From a virus: a stretch of DNA of 64,000 nt. Below are positions 45,987 through 56,053 of the stretch, piece by piece. Location: positions 16,697 to 80,696 of the IMG/VR virus record IMGVR_UViG_3300012953_006207. One strand, given 5' to 3'. A program made the position numbers and the translations under genes. The notes beneath the pieces were generated by a model. That model saw only the letters and a list, made by a program, of their open reading frames with translations, was not told where the DNA came from and searched no databases. Each line of letters starts with the position of its first letter. Positions within the stretch are counted from its first letter, which is position 1.

Positions 45987-46370
45987 ATGCTTAAAGAATT
46001 TTGTAGTAAATGTGGTCACCCTAATTTGTATTCATACGATAAGCCTTTGTTCTGCGCTAAGTGCGGAGAGCCTTTTGGGGGAGCAGCTAAAGCTAAGTTG
46101 GCAACTAAAAGCAAACCAACTCAGACCCCTAAGGTAGAGACTCCGTTTGAGATTGAAGAAGAGACTGAAAGCATACCAAGTATAAACAAGTTAGACTTTA
46201 GCGTTGAAACGTTTGAGCCCAAGCCTCCCACGATAGGAGCTATAGCTTCGCAAGGCCCTCCTTCAAAATCTAAAAACCTAGAACAGCAAAGACCACAAAC
46301 TTCTATACCTTTTGATAAAGACAAGTTTATAAAAGAATTCGAGAAAGAAGCTGGTTCTATAAGAAGGTAA
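45987..46370 (+). CDS. Zinc-ribbon protein
   Basis: CxxCG...P.FCxxCG motif. Confidence 0.7.
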   Translation: MLKEFCSKCGHPNLYSYDKPLFCAKCGEPFGGAAKAKLATKSKPTQTPKVETPFEIEEETESIPSINKLDFSVETFEPKPPTIGAIASQGPPSKSKNLEQQRPQTSIPFDKDKFIKEFEKEAGSIRR

Positions 46371-46378
46371 TCTCTTAA

Positions 46379-47080
46379 ATGCCGAAAAAAAAAGAGTCAG
46401 CCCCACAAAAGCCTTACGAGGATTTCGTGGAGATAATTGACGAAGAGATTCTTAAAAGAAAAAATAAATGGAACCTCAAATCTTTATCGTGGATTGACTA
46501 TGATGATGTAGCTCAAATAATAAGAATACACATCCATAAAAAGTGGCATTTATACAATCAGGAAAAACCCATAGGGCCTTGGCTAAATACCCTGATTTCT
46601 AATCAGATAAAAAACTTAATAAGAAATAACTACGCCAATTTATCTAAACCATGCTATAGGTGTGACGCAGCGGAGGGAGAGGATTTATGCGTTATTTATG
46701 AAAAACAATCATCAGCTTGCCCTATATACGCTAAATGGGAAGGCACTAAGAAAAGTGCTTTCTATCTAAAAATAGCGACCTCTTTAGAATTCCATGCTCA
46801 CGAACTTAACAGCAGTGAGTTGCAAGAAAGCATGAAAATGGAATCAAACATTTCAAAACTTCACGAAGTTATGCAGACCATACTTAAGCCCAATGAATGG
46901 AAAATATACAAGCTGCTATACATAGAAAATAAAAGTGAAGTTGAAGTAGGCGAGATAATGAAATATGTTTCTTCGGAAGAAGGTAGATTTCCGGGCTATA
47001 AGCATATAAGAAACATTAAAAAATCTATTGTTAAAAAGGCTAAGAAAGCTTTCGACGATGGAAAAATAGACATCTTTTAA
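46379..47080 (+). CDS. Phage sigma-factor-like transcription factor
   Basis: D.DDV.Q.I......W..Y...P...WLN..I.NQI.NL.R resembles region 2; C-terminal L...E......Y....SE.EV...M resembles a region 4 HTH; central Cys cluster. Confidence 0.6.
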   Translation: MPKKKESAPQKPYEDFVEIIDEEILKRKNKWNLKSLSWIDYDDVAQIIRIHIHKKWHLYNQEKPIGPWLNTLISNQIKNLIRNNYANLSKPCYRCDAAEGEDLCVIYEKQSSACPIYAKWEGTKKSAFYLKIATSLEFHAHELNSSELQESMKMESNISKLHEVMQTILKPNEWKIYKLLYIENKSEVEVGEIMKYVSSEEGRFPGYKHIRNIKKSIVKKAKKAFDDGKIDIF

Positions 47081-47083
47081 ATC

Positions 47084-48175
47084 ATGAGTAATGAACTAAG
47101 CAGCGAACAAGGAAGCCTTGTTCTCGAAGAGTGGAACCGTGACCCTGAGAATCCTCCGTCGTTATATGATTTAACAAAAATTATTTTCCCAGAATTAGAA
47201 AAGGTGGATGGCAGATGCAAAGAGGGGAGAATGATAAAAGAGTTTTTAGCAAAGCATGGCTTAAAAGCTAGACCTTCAAACGAATACAAGCCTAAAGACA
47301 AAATAGAATTAACGGAAGAGCATCAATCTTTCTGTCGTAACAACGGTTCCATGATGTCTTTTGTAGAAATAGCGAGAATCATATTTGATAACCCAGATTT
47401 AAATAATTTAAGTCAAGAATCTAGGGCGGTGAAAGAATACATTGATTCTCTAGGCGACCAAATAGTTCCTTTCGAAGATACGCTTCCTCAAAGACTAGAC
47501 GAGTATGAACCCCCCAGAACTTTCTCTAAAGTATTGGGTAAAATTAAAAAATACGCTCCGTCCTCCTTACCGGAAGATATGGATAAGATTACAGCTAGAA
47601 CAAAAAAAGAAATAGACGCTCTCACAAATTATTTAGCGACTTATCGGTTCGTACACCAAATTAATACTTACTCAAACGAAATGGCTAGGGACCTATTTGA
47701 GAGTAGCTTTGTCAGGTACACTCACGATAAAGGTGACTTGACTCAAGAAGAGGTGGATCAATATATAGTGTTGTCCACTGAGGTCGTAATAGCCTCTAAT
47801 ATTCAAAGGAGGGTCGAGCACCTAAATCGACTCTTAGATGATTCAGCGGATGACACAGAAGGTAGGAGAATATCCATGTCTTTAGTAGAGGCTATTAACA
47901 CTTCTCAAAATGAATACAACCAGTCAGTGAACAGGCAGCAAAAACTCCTAGGAGACCTGAAGGAAAAAAGAAGCGATAAACTTAAGAAGCAGCTAAACAA
48001 TAACGCCAGCATATTGAATCTAGTAGAAATGTGGAAATCCGAAGAGTCTCGCCATAAAATGATCGGGCTAGCTCAACTAAGGCAAGAGTCCATGAAAGAA
48101 GAGATTCAAAAACTAGGAAGCATGGATGAAATAAAATGTAGAATCTTAGGCGTTGATGAAAATGAAATCGTTTAA
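47084..48175 (+). CDS. Conserved helical protein upstream of the terminase (small-terminase candidate)
   Basis: Position and C-terminal coiled coil; function is inferred from position only. Confidence 0.45.
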   Translation: MSNELSSEQGSLVLEEWNRDPENPPSLYDLTKIIFPELEKVDGRCKEGRMIKEFLAKHGLKARPSNEYKPKDKIELTEEHQSFCRNNGSMMSFVEIARIIFDNPDLNNLSQESRAVKEYIDSLGDQIVPFEDTLPQRLDEYEPPRTFSKVLGKIKKYAPSSLPEDMDKITARTKKEIDALTNYLATYRFVHQINTYSNEMARDLFESSFVRYTHDKGDLTQEEVDQYIVLSTEVVIASNIQRRVEHLNRLLDDSADDTEGRRISMSLVEAINTSQNEYNQSVNRQQKLLGDLKEKRSDKLKKQLNNNASILNLVEMWKSEESRHKMIGLAQLRQESMKEEIQKLGSMDEIKCRILGVDENEIV

Positions 48176-48178
48176 GTC

Positions 48179-49126
48179 ATGAGTGATTCTTTTGTATGTA
48201 AGGAATGCGGTAAAAGCTTCTCGTCAGAGAGAAGTCTTCATTCTCATTTTAAAGTGCATGGACTTAGAGTTGTTTCGTATTACCAGAAACATTTTCCTAG
48301 ATACGATCTTTATGACGGAAAGATCATTAAGTTTAAAACAAAAGGAGACTACTTTAGTAGAGAGTTTAATACTAGAACAAATCAAAGAAAGTGGCTTGAG
48401 TCTCAAAAACCAGAGGAGTCTAGGGAATATTTAAGAGGTATCATAAAAAAGCGAATCGAAGAAAAAAACATTACCGTTGCTCCCTGCCAAGTAGAGTTAA
48501 GGACTTTGATGGCTCCATCTATAATTTTTTACGAGAAATTCTTTAATGACTATTATGAGCTATGCTCTTCTTTGGGGCTAGAAAAACGTTACGTTCAGCC
48601 AAAGCAGACTATAGTAGCTAAAACTTACAAGAATCGAAAAGACTTAAAGGTATACGTGGATACTCGGGAACAGCTACCTTTGAAGTTTAACATTCCTTCT
48701 GAGAGCAGGGCTCTTAAATTTGGAGATTACGCCCTTAACGACAAAAGTTTAACTTGTAATTGTTATGTAGAAAGAAAAACTCTTGCCGACTTTATATCTA
48801 CGATAAGCGTTATGAATTACGACAGGTTTTGCAGGGAAATTGAAAGAGCTAAAGAGGATGACGCTCAGCTAATTGTATTAGTAGAAGAGAGTCTTTCTAA
48901 CGCTTTGTCCTTCCCCTTTTTACCTCATATATCCAAAAAAATAAAAGCTACTCCTGAGTACATTTTTCATAAGGTGAGAGGGTTGATACAAAAGTATGAT
49001 CACGTACAATTTCTTTTTGTAGACGGAAGGAAAGAGGCTGTAAGGGTTATAGAGAAAATTTTCTTCTCAGAATGTATGCATAAAAAAATTGACTTACAAT
49101 TAGCTTACGACAAAAAGACCCTCTAA
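48179..49126 (+). CDS. C2H2 zinc finger + ERCC4 (XPF/Mus81) nuclease
   Basis: CKECGKSF...SL..H...H; VDTREQ, GDY, VERKTLADF and RF.REI.RA motifs. Confidence 0.85.
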   Translation: MSDSFVCKECGKSFSSERSLHSHFKVHGLRVVSYYQKHFPRYDLYDGKIIKFKTKGDYFSREFNTRTNQRKWLESQKPEESREYLRGIIKKRIEEKNITVAPCQVELRTLMAPSIIFYEKFFNDYYELCSSLGLEKRYVQPKQTIVAKTYKNRKDLKVYVDTREQLPLKFNIPSESRALKFGDYALNDKSLTCNCYVERKTLADFISTISVMNYDRFCREIERAKEDDAQLIVLVEESLSNALSFPFLPHISKKIKATPEYIFHKVRGLIQKYDHVQFLFVDGRKEAVRVIEKIFFSECMHKKIDLQLAYDKKTL

Positions 49127-49132
49127 TTCATT

Positions 49133-50962
49133 ATGTGGTACTGCCCGGAAAAATATAAAATAGAGCCCCATGATATAAACGCTGAGCTTTTATCTTTAAA
49201 GGGCGAGCTCGACGATAAAGAAGCTAAAATAAGCTTGGCGAAGTTTTTAAACACCAATTTAGCTTTTACTACTGAATTGATATCAGGCATAAAGTTGGCT
49301 CCTTATCAAGAGGTGACGCTTAGGGGGATGATGAATAGGAATTTCTCTATGTGTGTTTGGGGCCGTGGCTGCGGGAAAACTTTTATAGCTTCAGTTTTTT
49401 GTTTTTTGCATTGCATTTTTAATCCCGAGACCAAAATTTTAATTGCTGGACCTACGTTTCGTACAGCTAGATTTATATTTAATAACCTCGAGAAGATAGT
49501 AAACTCAAAGGGAGCAGAGTTACTACAGCAAGCCTTTAGCGCAAAGCCTTCTAAAAGAAATGATCAGTACGAGTGGACTATAAACGGTGGATCAATAACC
49601 GCCATTCCATTGTCAGGCGAGAAAATACGTGGTTTTAGAGCCAACATACTTTTGCTAGATGAGTTTTTGCTTCTACCCGAAGAGCTCATCAACACCGTAC
49701 TTATGCCTTTCCTCGTAGCTCCGCAAAACATGAAGGAGAGAATTGAGATTCGCGAAATGGAAGACGAGTTAATCAAGAAAGGTAGAATGACAGAGGACCA
49801 AAGGATGGTCTTCGAGAATAACTCAAAAATGATAGCCCTGTCTTCTGCTAGCTATACATTTGAAAATTTATATAAAACTTACAAAGAGTGGCTTAATAAA
49901 ATTTACTCCGACGAAAAAACAGACGCCACTTATTTTATATCTCAAATGGGATACGAAGCTCTTCCTTCGGAAATGATAGATAGGACGGTGATTGAAGAAG
50001 CTCAAAACGGAGGCTCGTCGCACTCATCATTCCAGAGAGAGTATTGCGCTCAGTTTACAGATGGATCGGATTCTTATTTCAGCGCAAAAAAAATGCACTT
50101 ATGCACGATCCCTGACGGAGAGCAACCTACCACTCAGATTAAAGGAGGCAGGGGGTCGAAGTACATACTAGGAATTGACCCTTCTTTCTCTAACTCCCCT
50201 AGCTCTGATTATTTTGCCATGTCTTTGCTAGAGCTAGACGAAGAAACAGGACAGGGAACCTTGGTTCATAGTTATGCGGTTGCTGGAGGAGATTTAAAAA
50301 ATCACATCGATTACCTTCATTATATATTGTCCAACTTTAATGTCGAAATGATATGCATTGACAATGCTGGTTACCAATTTATAGATAGCTGCAACGAGTC
50401 TACTAAATTCATAGAAGATAATATAAAATTAAAATTTATAGATTTTGACTCAGATGCAGAAGGTGAGAAGTACGTACAGGGGCTCGCTAGAGCCAAAAGA
50501 GCTTATAACAAAGAAGAAGGAGCAATCTGTTTCAAGCAAAATTTTACTTCAAATTGGCTGAGAAAAGCTAATGAACACCTACAAGCTTGCATAGATCATA
50601 AAAGGCTGTGGTTTGCTTCTAGGTGTACCGCTCACGGTTCTGAGTTCTCTAAGCAAAGTGCCTATGCTATAGACGCTAAATCTGCTGGAGCAGACTCCAC
50701 CGGAGACTTGATCGAAACTCAGGATATACTCGTTTATTCCACGAAAAAACAGTGCGCCTTAGTTGAGGTAAAAAGTACCGCCAGAGGCACTCAAACCTTT
50801 GATTTGCCCCAACACTTAAAAAGGAGCACTTCTGCAAATAGAGCTAGAAAGGACAATTATACGACTTTAATGCTCGCAAACTGGGCTACCAAGTGCTATT
50901 TTGACATGAAATCGGAGAAAAATGAGCAACCTGAGACTTTTTTACCTGTAATGTTTGATTGA
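49133..50962 (+). CDS. terL: Terminase large subunit
   Basis: L.PYQ Q-motif, Walker A GRGCGKT, IRG.RA..LLLDE Walker B, F.REY.A.F, GIDP nuclease Asp and RKD motifs. Confidence 0.9.
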   Translation: MWYCPEKYKIEPHDINAELLSLKGELDDKEAKISLAKFLNTNLAFTTELISGIKLAPYQEVTLRGMMNRNFSMCVWGRGCGKTFIASVFCFLHCIFNPETKILIAGPTFRTARFIFNNLEKIVNSKGAELLQQAFSAKPSKRNDQYEWTINGGSITAIPLSGEKIRGFRANILLLDEFLLLPEELINTVLMPFLVAPQNMKERIEIREMEDELIKKGRMTEDQRMVFENNSKMIALSSASYTFENLYKTYKEWLNKIYSDEKTDATYFISQMGYEALPSEMIDRTVIEEAQNGGSSHSSFQREYCAQFTDGSDSYFSAKKMHLCTIPDGEQPTTQIKGGRGSKYILGIDPSFSNSPSSDYFAMSLLELDEETGQGTLVHSYAVAGGDLKNHIDYLHYILSNFNVEMICIDNAGYQFIDSCNESTKFIEDNIKLKFIDFDSDAEGEKYVQGLARAKRAYNKEEGAICFKQNFTSNWLRKANEHLQACIDHKRLWFASRCTAHGSEFSKQSAYAIDAKSAGADSTGDLIETQDILVYSTKKQCALVEVKSTARGTQTFDLPQHLKRSTSANRARKDNYTTLMLANWATKCYFDMKSEKNEQPETFLPVMFD

Positions 50963-50992
50963 AGGTGTATGTATAAAAAATAATTTCCAGAG

Positions 50993-52984
50993 ATGAGTGA
51001 AAAAAGAAAATCCCCAAAGCGGGCTTCAGCGAAAAAGCAGCCCAAAACGACTTCTACAGCTAGTAAAAAGCAGGAAGAATCAGGCACGTCGCCTTTAATG
51101 TCTTACGAGGCTTTGGGAACAGCGGGCTATTCCTCTACTAGATCGAGAAGAAACTTAAGTAGTGTTATCGATAGAACTGATAAGTACAGAAATATTGATG
51201 ACGGTTTAGTACCTTTTATATACTCCTCCCCATCCGCTACTGGCTCAGCATCTTCTTCTATAGAAATTAGAGATGCGGTAATTTTGTGCCAAAAAGCTTA
51301 TTATAACTTTGCTCAGTTTAGAAACGTTATCGATCTGATGACTGAGTTTGCTATAGGGGATTTATACTTTAATGGTGGAAACCGTAAATCTAGAAGTTTT
51401 TTCGAGCAGTTTTTTAAAAAAATAGACCTGCATAGTCTTCAGGATAAATTCTACAGAGAGTTTTTTAGGTCTGGGAATGTCTTCATGTATAGATTCGAGG
51501 GTAAGCTAGACGACAGAGATTCTAAAAGGATCGCTGAAGTATTTGGCGCGGAAAACGTATTAGGGGATGAAGCTAGATTGCCGATAAGATATGTAATGTT
51601 GAACCCTGCTGATATTCGACTTACTGGAACGGCTTCATTTTATAGAGGTAACTACGTTAAGATGCTTAGTGCTTATGAGATTCAAAGGATCAGAAGTCCC
51701 CTTACTGAAGAGGATGAAACCTTAAGAGATTCTTTATCTCCAGAAGTCATAAAAGAAATAGACTCAGGTCGCAAAAGAAATATTTCTATGCCACTTGACC
51801 CTAGTAGACTCATTTCTATTTTTTACAAAAAACAAGATTACGAGCCATTTGCGGTCCCAATGGGATTTCCAGTTCTAGGAGATTTAAATTTTAAATCAGA
51901 ACTTAAAAAAATGGATATGGCGATGGGGAGATGTATGCAGCAAGCAATCCTTTTAGTCACTATGGGTACTGATCCAGAAAAAGGTGGAATTAATCAGAAG
52001 AATCTGGTGGCTATGCAAAAGCTTTTTGAAAACGAATCAGTTGGTAGGGTTCTCATCGCGGACTACACAACCAAAGCTCAGTTCGTAGTTCCCGGAGTTG
52101 CAGAGCTAATGTCTCCAACTAAATACGAAATATTTGATAGAGATATCAACATGGGTCTCAACAACATTCTAGTTGGCGGAGAAAAATTCGCCAACCAAAA
52201 TGCAAAGACTGAAGTATTTATCGCTAGGTTGGAGTCCGCAAGGCAGACCTTCTTACAAAGCTTTCTTATCCCTGAGATGAAAAGGGTGAGTAAAAAGCTT
52301 GGGTTCAGGTCTACCCCAGAGCCGTTGCTGGCCGAAATGTCTCTAACCGACGACAACGTTAAAGATAGAATCTTCACTAGACTGTATGAATTGGGCGTTC
52401 TTACTCCAGAAGAAGTTTTAGAAGCTATAGACAGCAAGCGTTTGCCAGAGATTAAAAATTCAAGAGAGTCTCAAAAAGATTTTCTGAAAGAGAAGCAGGA
52501 AGGTCTTTATGAACCTATTATGAGTAAAGACCCACTTGGCGGTCCCCCTGCTCCGAATGAGGAGGGCAGACCTGCTGGGACCAAAGCTCCCCAAGAAACA
52601 AAAAATGTTTCTCCTATTGGTCAAGGAGAGCAGTCTAAATTCACTAAAGCTAGCGAAAGTCCTTTGAAGTACAGCTTAGCTAATCTCAAAGATAATATGA
52701 TTTTATCTCAAAGACTGAACTCTGAAGTTATTTCGCATCTCAAGAAGATGCATAAAGTGAAAAGGATCACTCAGAAACAGAAGCAGGTAGCTGAAGCTAT
52801 TTGCGATTTAATTATTATAAATGAGTCTCCATCCGAATGGATCAATTGTGTTAGTAAATACTGCGAGGAGCCAATGGATCATAACCTTGACAGAGTTAAA
52901 AAGGTTCAAGATATTGCCTACGAAAATAATTTAGACACTTACCTAGCTAGTCTTCTACTGGGGAGTATAAAAGAAACAGATTAA
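50993..52984 (+). CDS. Portal protein
   Basis: 663 aa directly after terL; RNVIDLM.EF and REFFRSGNVF.Y patterns. Confidence 0.7.
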   Translation: MSEKRKSPKRASAKKQPKTTSTASKKQEESGTSPLMSYEALGTAGYSSTRSRRNLSSVIDRTDKYRNIDDGLVPFIYSSPSATGSASSSIEIRDAVILCQKAYYNFAQFRNVIDLMTEFAIGDLYFNGGNRKSRSFFEQFFKKIDLHSLQDKFYREFFRSGNVFMYRFEGKLDDRDSKRIAEVFGAENVLGDEARLPIRYVMLNPADIRLTGTASFYRGNYVKMLSAYEIQRIRSPLTEEDETLRDSLSPEVIKEIDSGRKRNISMPLDPSRLISIFYKKQDYEPFAVPMGFPVLGDLNFKSELKKMDMAMGRCMQQAILLVTMGTDPEKGGINQKNLVAMQKLFENESVGRVLIADYTTKAQFVVPGVAELMSPTKYEIFDRDINMGLNNILVGGEKFANQNAKTEVFIARLESARQTFLQSFLIPEMKRVSKKLGFRSTPEPLLAEMSLTDDNVKDRIFTRLYELGVLTPEEVLEAIDSKRLPEIKNSRESQKDFLKEKQEGLYEPIMSKDPLGGPPAPNEEGRPAGTKAPQETKNVSPIGQGEQSKFTKASESPLKYSLANLKDNMILSQRLNSEVISHLKKMHKVKRITQKQKQVAEAICDLIIINESPSEWINCVSKYCEEPMDHNLDRVKKVQDIAYENNLDTYLASLLLGSIKETD

Positions 52985-52985
52985 A

Positions 52986-54134
52986 ATGAACGAAAATAGC
53001 GATCAAGATCAGAACATACAATCCATGTACGAAGAGCCATCTTTTGACATTCAAATGGACGACCTTCTTGTCCCAGAGGCTGGAGACCAAACTTCCAATG
53101 CTGTGGTAATTGACGACGAAGTTGAAGGAGGTTTTAAATTTAACTTTTTGGGCGTAGGTCAAGGTGGATCGCGCTTGGCTGAAACTTTCTATAAAATGGG
53201 ATACCGCAGGTGCGCTGCTATAAACACAGCCGAGCAGGACCTCAATACTATCGACATACCCAACAAGCTTTTGATTGCCGAAGGCGGAGCAGGTAAAAAT
53301 CCAGACAAGGCCAAACAAAAATTTAAAGAGAAAGAAGATGACGTTCTAGACTTTATCCGACGTTCTTTTGGAGATAAATACGATAAAACGTTTATTTGCG
53401 CTGGTGCTGGAGGAGGAACAGGCTCTGGTTTAGCGGTTCCCATAGTTGATACTGTTAAAGAAGTTTATAAGACGTTAAAATTAAAAGAGCAAAAAGTTGG
53501 AATGATTCTCACTTTGCCTAAGGACTCAGAAGGCTCTGGAGTTATGAGGGTGGCTGGAGAGGTATTAGAGGAAGTATGGAATAAAGTTGCAGACGGACAG
53601 ATTTCTCCTCTTATAATTGTTGACAACGAAAGGGTGGGTCAACTTTATCCTAATCTAGCAATATCTAAATTTTGGGACACCGCCAACCGAAGCATGGCGA
53701 GCCTTTTTCACTTATTTAATCTTACCTGCGCCAAGGACAGTACTTACTCTACTTTTGACGCAAATGATTACAAGCAAGTATTAGACTCTGGCATCTTAGT
53801 TTATGGAGCTTCTCCGGTTAAAGACTGGGATGATCCAGTAGCAGTTTCGAGAGCTATCAGAGAAAACTTAAAAGGCAATTTACTTACTGGAGGAATTGAT
53901 ATTAGCACTGGGACCTGCGCTGGAGCCATAGTAATTGGCGGTAATGAGCAGTTAGATAATATTCGCCAGTCTGCTCTAGACGATGCTTTCTCCCAGCTTT
54001 CTAGAATGCTTAGACCAAATAGCTTAGTTCACCGTGGCATATACAGCGGAGACAAACCTAATTTAACTATATTTACTGCGATTGGAGGAGTTACTATTCC
54101 TACCCAGAGGAGAGATGAGTTAAGAAATGGATGA
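52986..54134 (+). CDS. Tubulin/FtsZ-family GTPase (PhuZ/TubZ/CetZ-like)
   Basis: G.GQGG, INTA..DL, GAGK.P, GAGGGTGSG signature, DNE and D..D T7-like loop. Confidence 0.88.
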   Translation: MNENSDQDQNIQSMYEEPSFDIQMDDLLVPEAGDQTSNAVVIDDEVEGGFKFNFLGVGQGGSRLAETFYKMGYRRCAAINTAEQDLNTIDIPNKLLIAEGGAGKNPDKAKQKFKEKEDDVLDFIRRSFGDKYDKTFICAGAGGGTGSGLAVPIVDTVKEVYKTLKLKEQKVGMILTLPKDSEGSGVMRVAGEVLEEVWNKVADGQISPLIIVDNERVGQLYPNLAISKFWDTANRSMASLFHLFNLTCAKDSTYSTFDANDYKQVLDSGILVYGASPVKDWDDPVAVSRAIRENLKGNLLTGGIDISTGTCAGAIVIGGNEQLDNIRQSALDDAFSQLSRMLRPNSLVHRGIYSGDKPNLTIFTAIGGVTIPTQRRDELRNG

Positions 54135-54411
54135 TAAAGAAATATACAGGAAGCTGCTGGAAGTAGAGTCTAATAGACACAAAAAAGGCTTTTTCCTAGA
54201 TATTTTTTTTATGGTAATTTTCGTTGGCTTTGTCGGCTGGAGCATAGCCAAAGACATAAGTCAGGAAACTGAAATTCAAAAGCTTAACTCCTCTTTAATA
54301 GAGAAAAAAATAATCATACAAGAAACAGTTAAGCAAAATATAGAACTAAGAAGAACTTTGCAGCAACTTTTGGATGCTACGGCTCCAAAGAAAAACAAGA
54401 GTGAAGCGTAA
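54127..54411 (+). CDS. Membrane protein with coiled coil
   Basis: One TM helix followed by a coiled coil. Confidence 0.55.
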   Translation: MDDKEIYRKLLEVESNRHKKGFFLDIFFMVIFVGFVGWSIAKDISQETEIQKLNSSLIEKKIIIQETVKQNIELRRTLQQLLDATAPKKNKSEA

Positions 54412-54452
54412 AAAAGCTTGCTCTGCAAAACATAGATACATAAAATAAAAAT

Positions 54453-54671
54453 ATGCCAACTACTAATAACAAAAATGAAGTCAAACCCGGATACAAAAGT
54501 ACCGAGTTCTGGATCACAGTTTGCGTTACTTTAGCATCTCTCGCATGGGGTGCTGGGGTCGTGGACCCAGAGGGTGCTTCCAATGCCGATAAGGTTTTTG
54601 GATTTATCTGTTCTGCTGCTGCTGCTTTTGGATACACCATTTCCAGAGGCTTAGCTAAGAAGAAAGCTTAA
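54453..54671 (+). CDS. Holin-like small membrane protein
   Basis: KPGYKSTEFW motif, two hydrophobic helices, basic tail. Confidence 0.55.
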   Translation: MPTTNNKNEVKPGYKSTEFWITVCVTLASLAWGAGVVDPEGASNADKVFGFICSAAAAFGYTISRGLAKKKA

Positions 54672-54678
54672 AGGCTGT

Positions 54679-54879
54679 ATGGCTTGGCTAACGGCATTAT
54701 TTAAAGCTCTTTTAGAGTGGCTTTCTTCTGAAGCGAAGAAGGACACGAAAGCTAGTGATGCCGACGCAACGCCGAAAGACCTAAAAGATAAATGGCGTAA
54801 GCGGATTCAACAACAAGAACAAAGGATGAAAAAACAAAGTGAAAACTATCCTATTGGCCCCAAAGGCGATATTAGCTAG
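54679..54879 (+). CDS. Small amphipathic protein (possible i-spanin-like)
   Basis: Lies between the holin-like and lipoprotein genes and overlaps the latter. Confidence 0.4.
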   Translation: MAWLTALFKALLEWLSSEAKKDTKASDADATPKDLKDKWRKRIQQQEQRMKKQSENYPIGPKGDIS

Positions 54880-55072
54880 CAGCTTAATTCTTCTATCAGG
54901 TTGCGGTTCTACTAAAGTAGTGTTTGTGGACACACAAGCTAATCTAGTGAGAATTGGACCAGATGTAGAGGGAAGAGTGTATGTCCAGAAAAATGGCGAG
55001 TGGGTTCTTTCTAAGAATAAAGTAAAACTACCAGAAGGCTGGTATGCAGGAGGACTTCCTACGGACGACTAG
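54839..55072 (+). CDS. Lipoprotein (possible o-spanin-like)
   Basis: LILLSGC lipobox. Confidence 0.5.
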   Translation: MKTILLAPKAILASSLILLSGCGSTKVVFVDTQANLVRIGPDVEGRVYVQKNGEWVLSKNKVKLPEGWYAGGLPTDD

Positions 55073-55120
55073 CCAAGTTCTTGTTTTTTTATAATAGCTT
55101 CAGCTTTTAGTGTATACTAA

Positions 55121-55630
55121 TTGTTGAAGCTTTTTTTTACATTTTTTTTAATGTTTTTCTTCACTGGGTGTGGGGTGCTTCAGTCTATTTCGAATAGTAC
55201 GCTTTACTGCGATAAGAGAGTTAAATCGTTAGACCCTTTTCATATTTATAGCTGTGGTCCCAAAGCGTTAGAAAAAGCTATCCGTTATTCTCAGCATGAT
55301 TCGTTAGCTTCAAAAGCGAATTACAGTTATTACCTTCAAAGAGACGATTTTTTTCTTAGGCATTGTTTATCTGTGTTTGACGAAAGAGCTAGAGGCATTA
55401 CTTTTCCCGGCGAAATTAAAAAGATTTTAAGAAAAGAAGGGATTGAATTTAGGACGCTCAAAAAACTGTCAGACCTACAGCCTGACGACGTAGCTTTAGT
55501 ACTTGTTAAGAAAAGTTGGTCATTAGACTATCATTGGATGTGTCACCCTGTAGACAAAAATATAGAAACATACTTCGAAAAAGATAAAACTATAGTGCTA
55601 GAAATCTACGCTTTCAAAGCTAATACATAA
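55121..55630 (+). CDS. Lipoprotein, possible peptidase C39-like fold
   Basis: FTGC lipobox; SCGP.AL and HW motifs. Confidence 0.45.
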   Translation: MLKLFFTFFLMFFFTGCGVLQSISNSTLYCDKRVKSLDPFHIYSCGPKALEKAIRYSQHDSLASKANYSYYLQRDDFFLRHCLSVFDERARGITFPGEIKKILRKEGIEFRTLKKLSDLQPDDVALVLVKKSWSLDYHWMCHPVDKNIETYFEKDKTIVLEIYAFKANT

Positions 55631-55833
55631 TGATTAAACCAAGTCCAGAAGAGAAAACTATTATAACAATTCTGCTCTCCATTAGTTTCGGATTGTTCAT
55701 AGGCGTCTTGTCCGCGCAAGAAAAAATCAACGAATTAGAAACTGATAAAGATTTATTAATACTTCATTTAGAAGAGGTAACAGAAATGAATGATATGTTA
55801 CTAATAATGAGGAATCAAACAAATGGCAACTAA
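55630..55833 (+). CDS. Small membrane protein
   Basis: One TM helix. Confidence 0.5.
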   Translation: MIKPSPEEKTIITILLSISFGLFIGVLSAQEKINELETDKDLLILHLEEVTEMNDMLLIMRNQTNGN

Positions 55834-56053
55834 AGAAGACAAATACGAAGATAATGTAAAGGGAAAATACTACGTCGACACCGAATGTATTGATTGCAAT
55901 TTATGTCGTGAATTGGCTCCAGACAATTTCACCAATCATGATGATGGATACTCTTATGTTTATAAGCAACCTAAGGAGCAAGGCGAGGCAGATGCTTGCG
56001 CTGATGCGATGGAAAACTGTCCAGTAGAGGCTATAGGCGACGACGGAGATTAA
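55823..56053 (+). CDS. Monocluster ferredoxin
   Basis: CIDCNLC...AP..F and C...M..CPVEAIG motifs. Confidence 0.9.
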   Translation: MATKEDKYEDNVKGKYYVDTECIDCNLCRELAPDNFTNHDDGYSYVYKQPKEQGEADACADAMENCPVEAIGDDGD

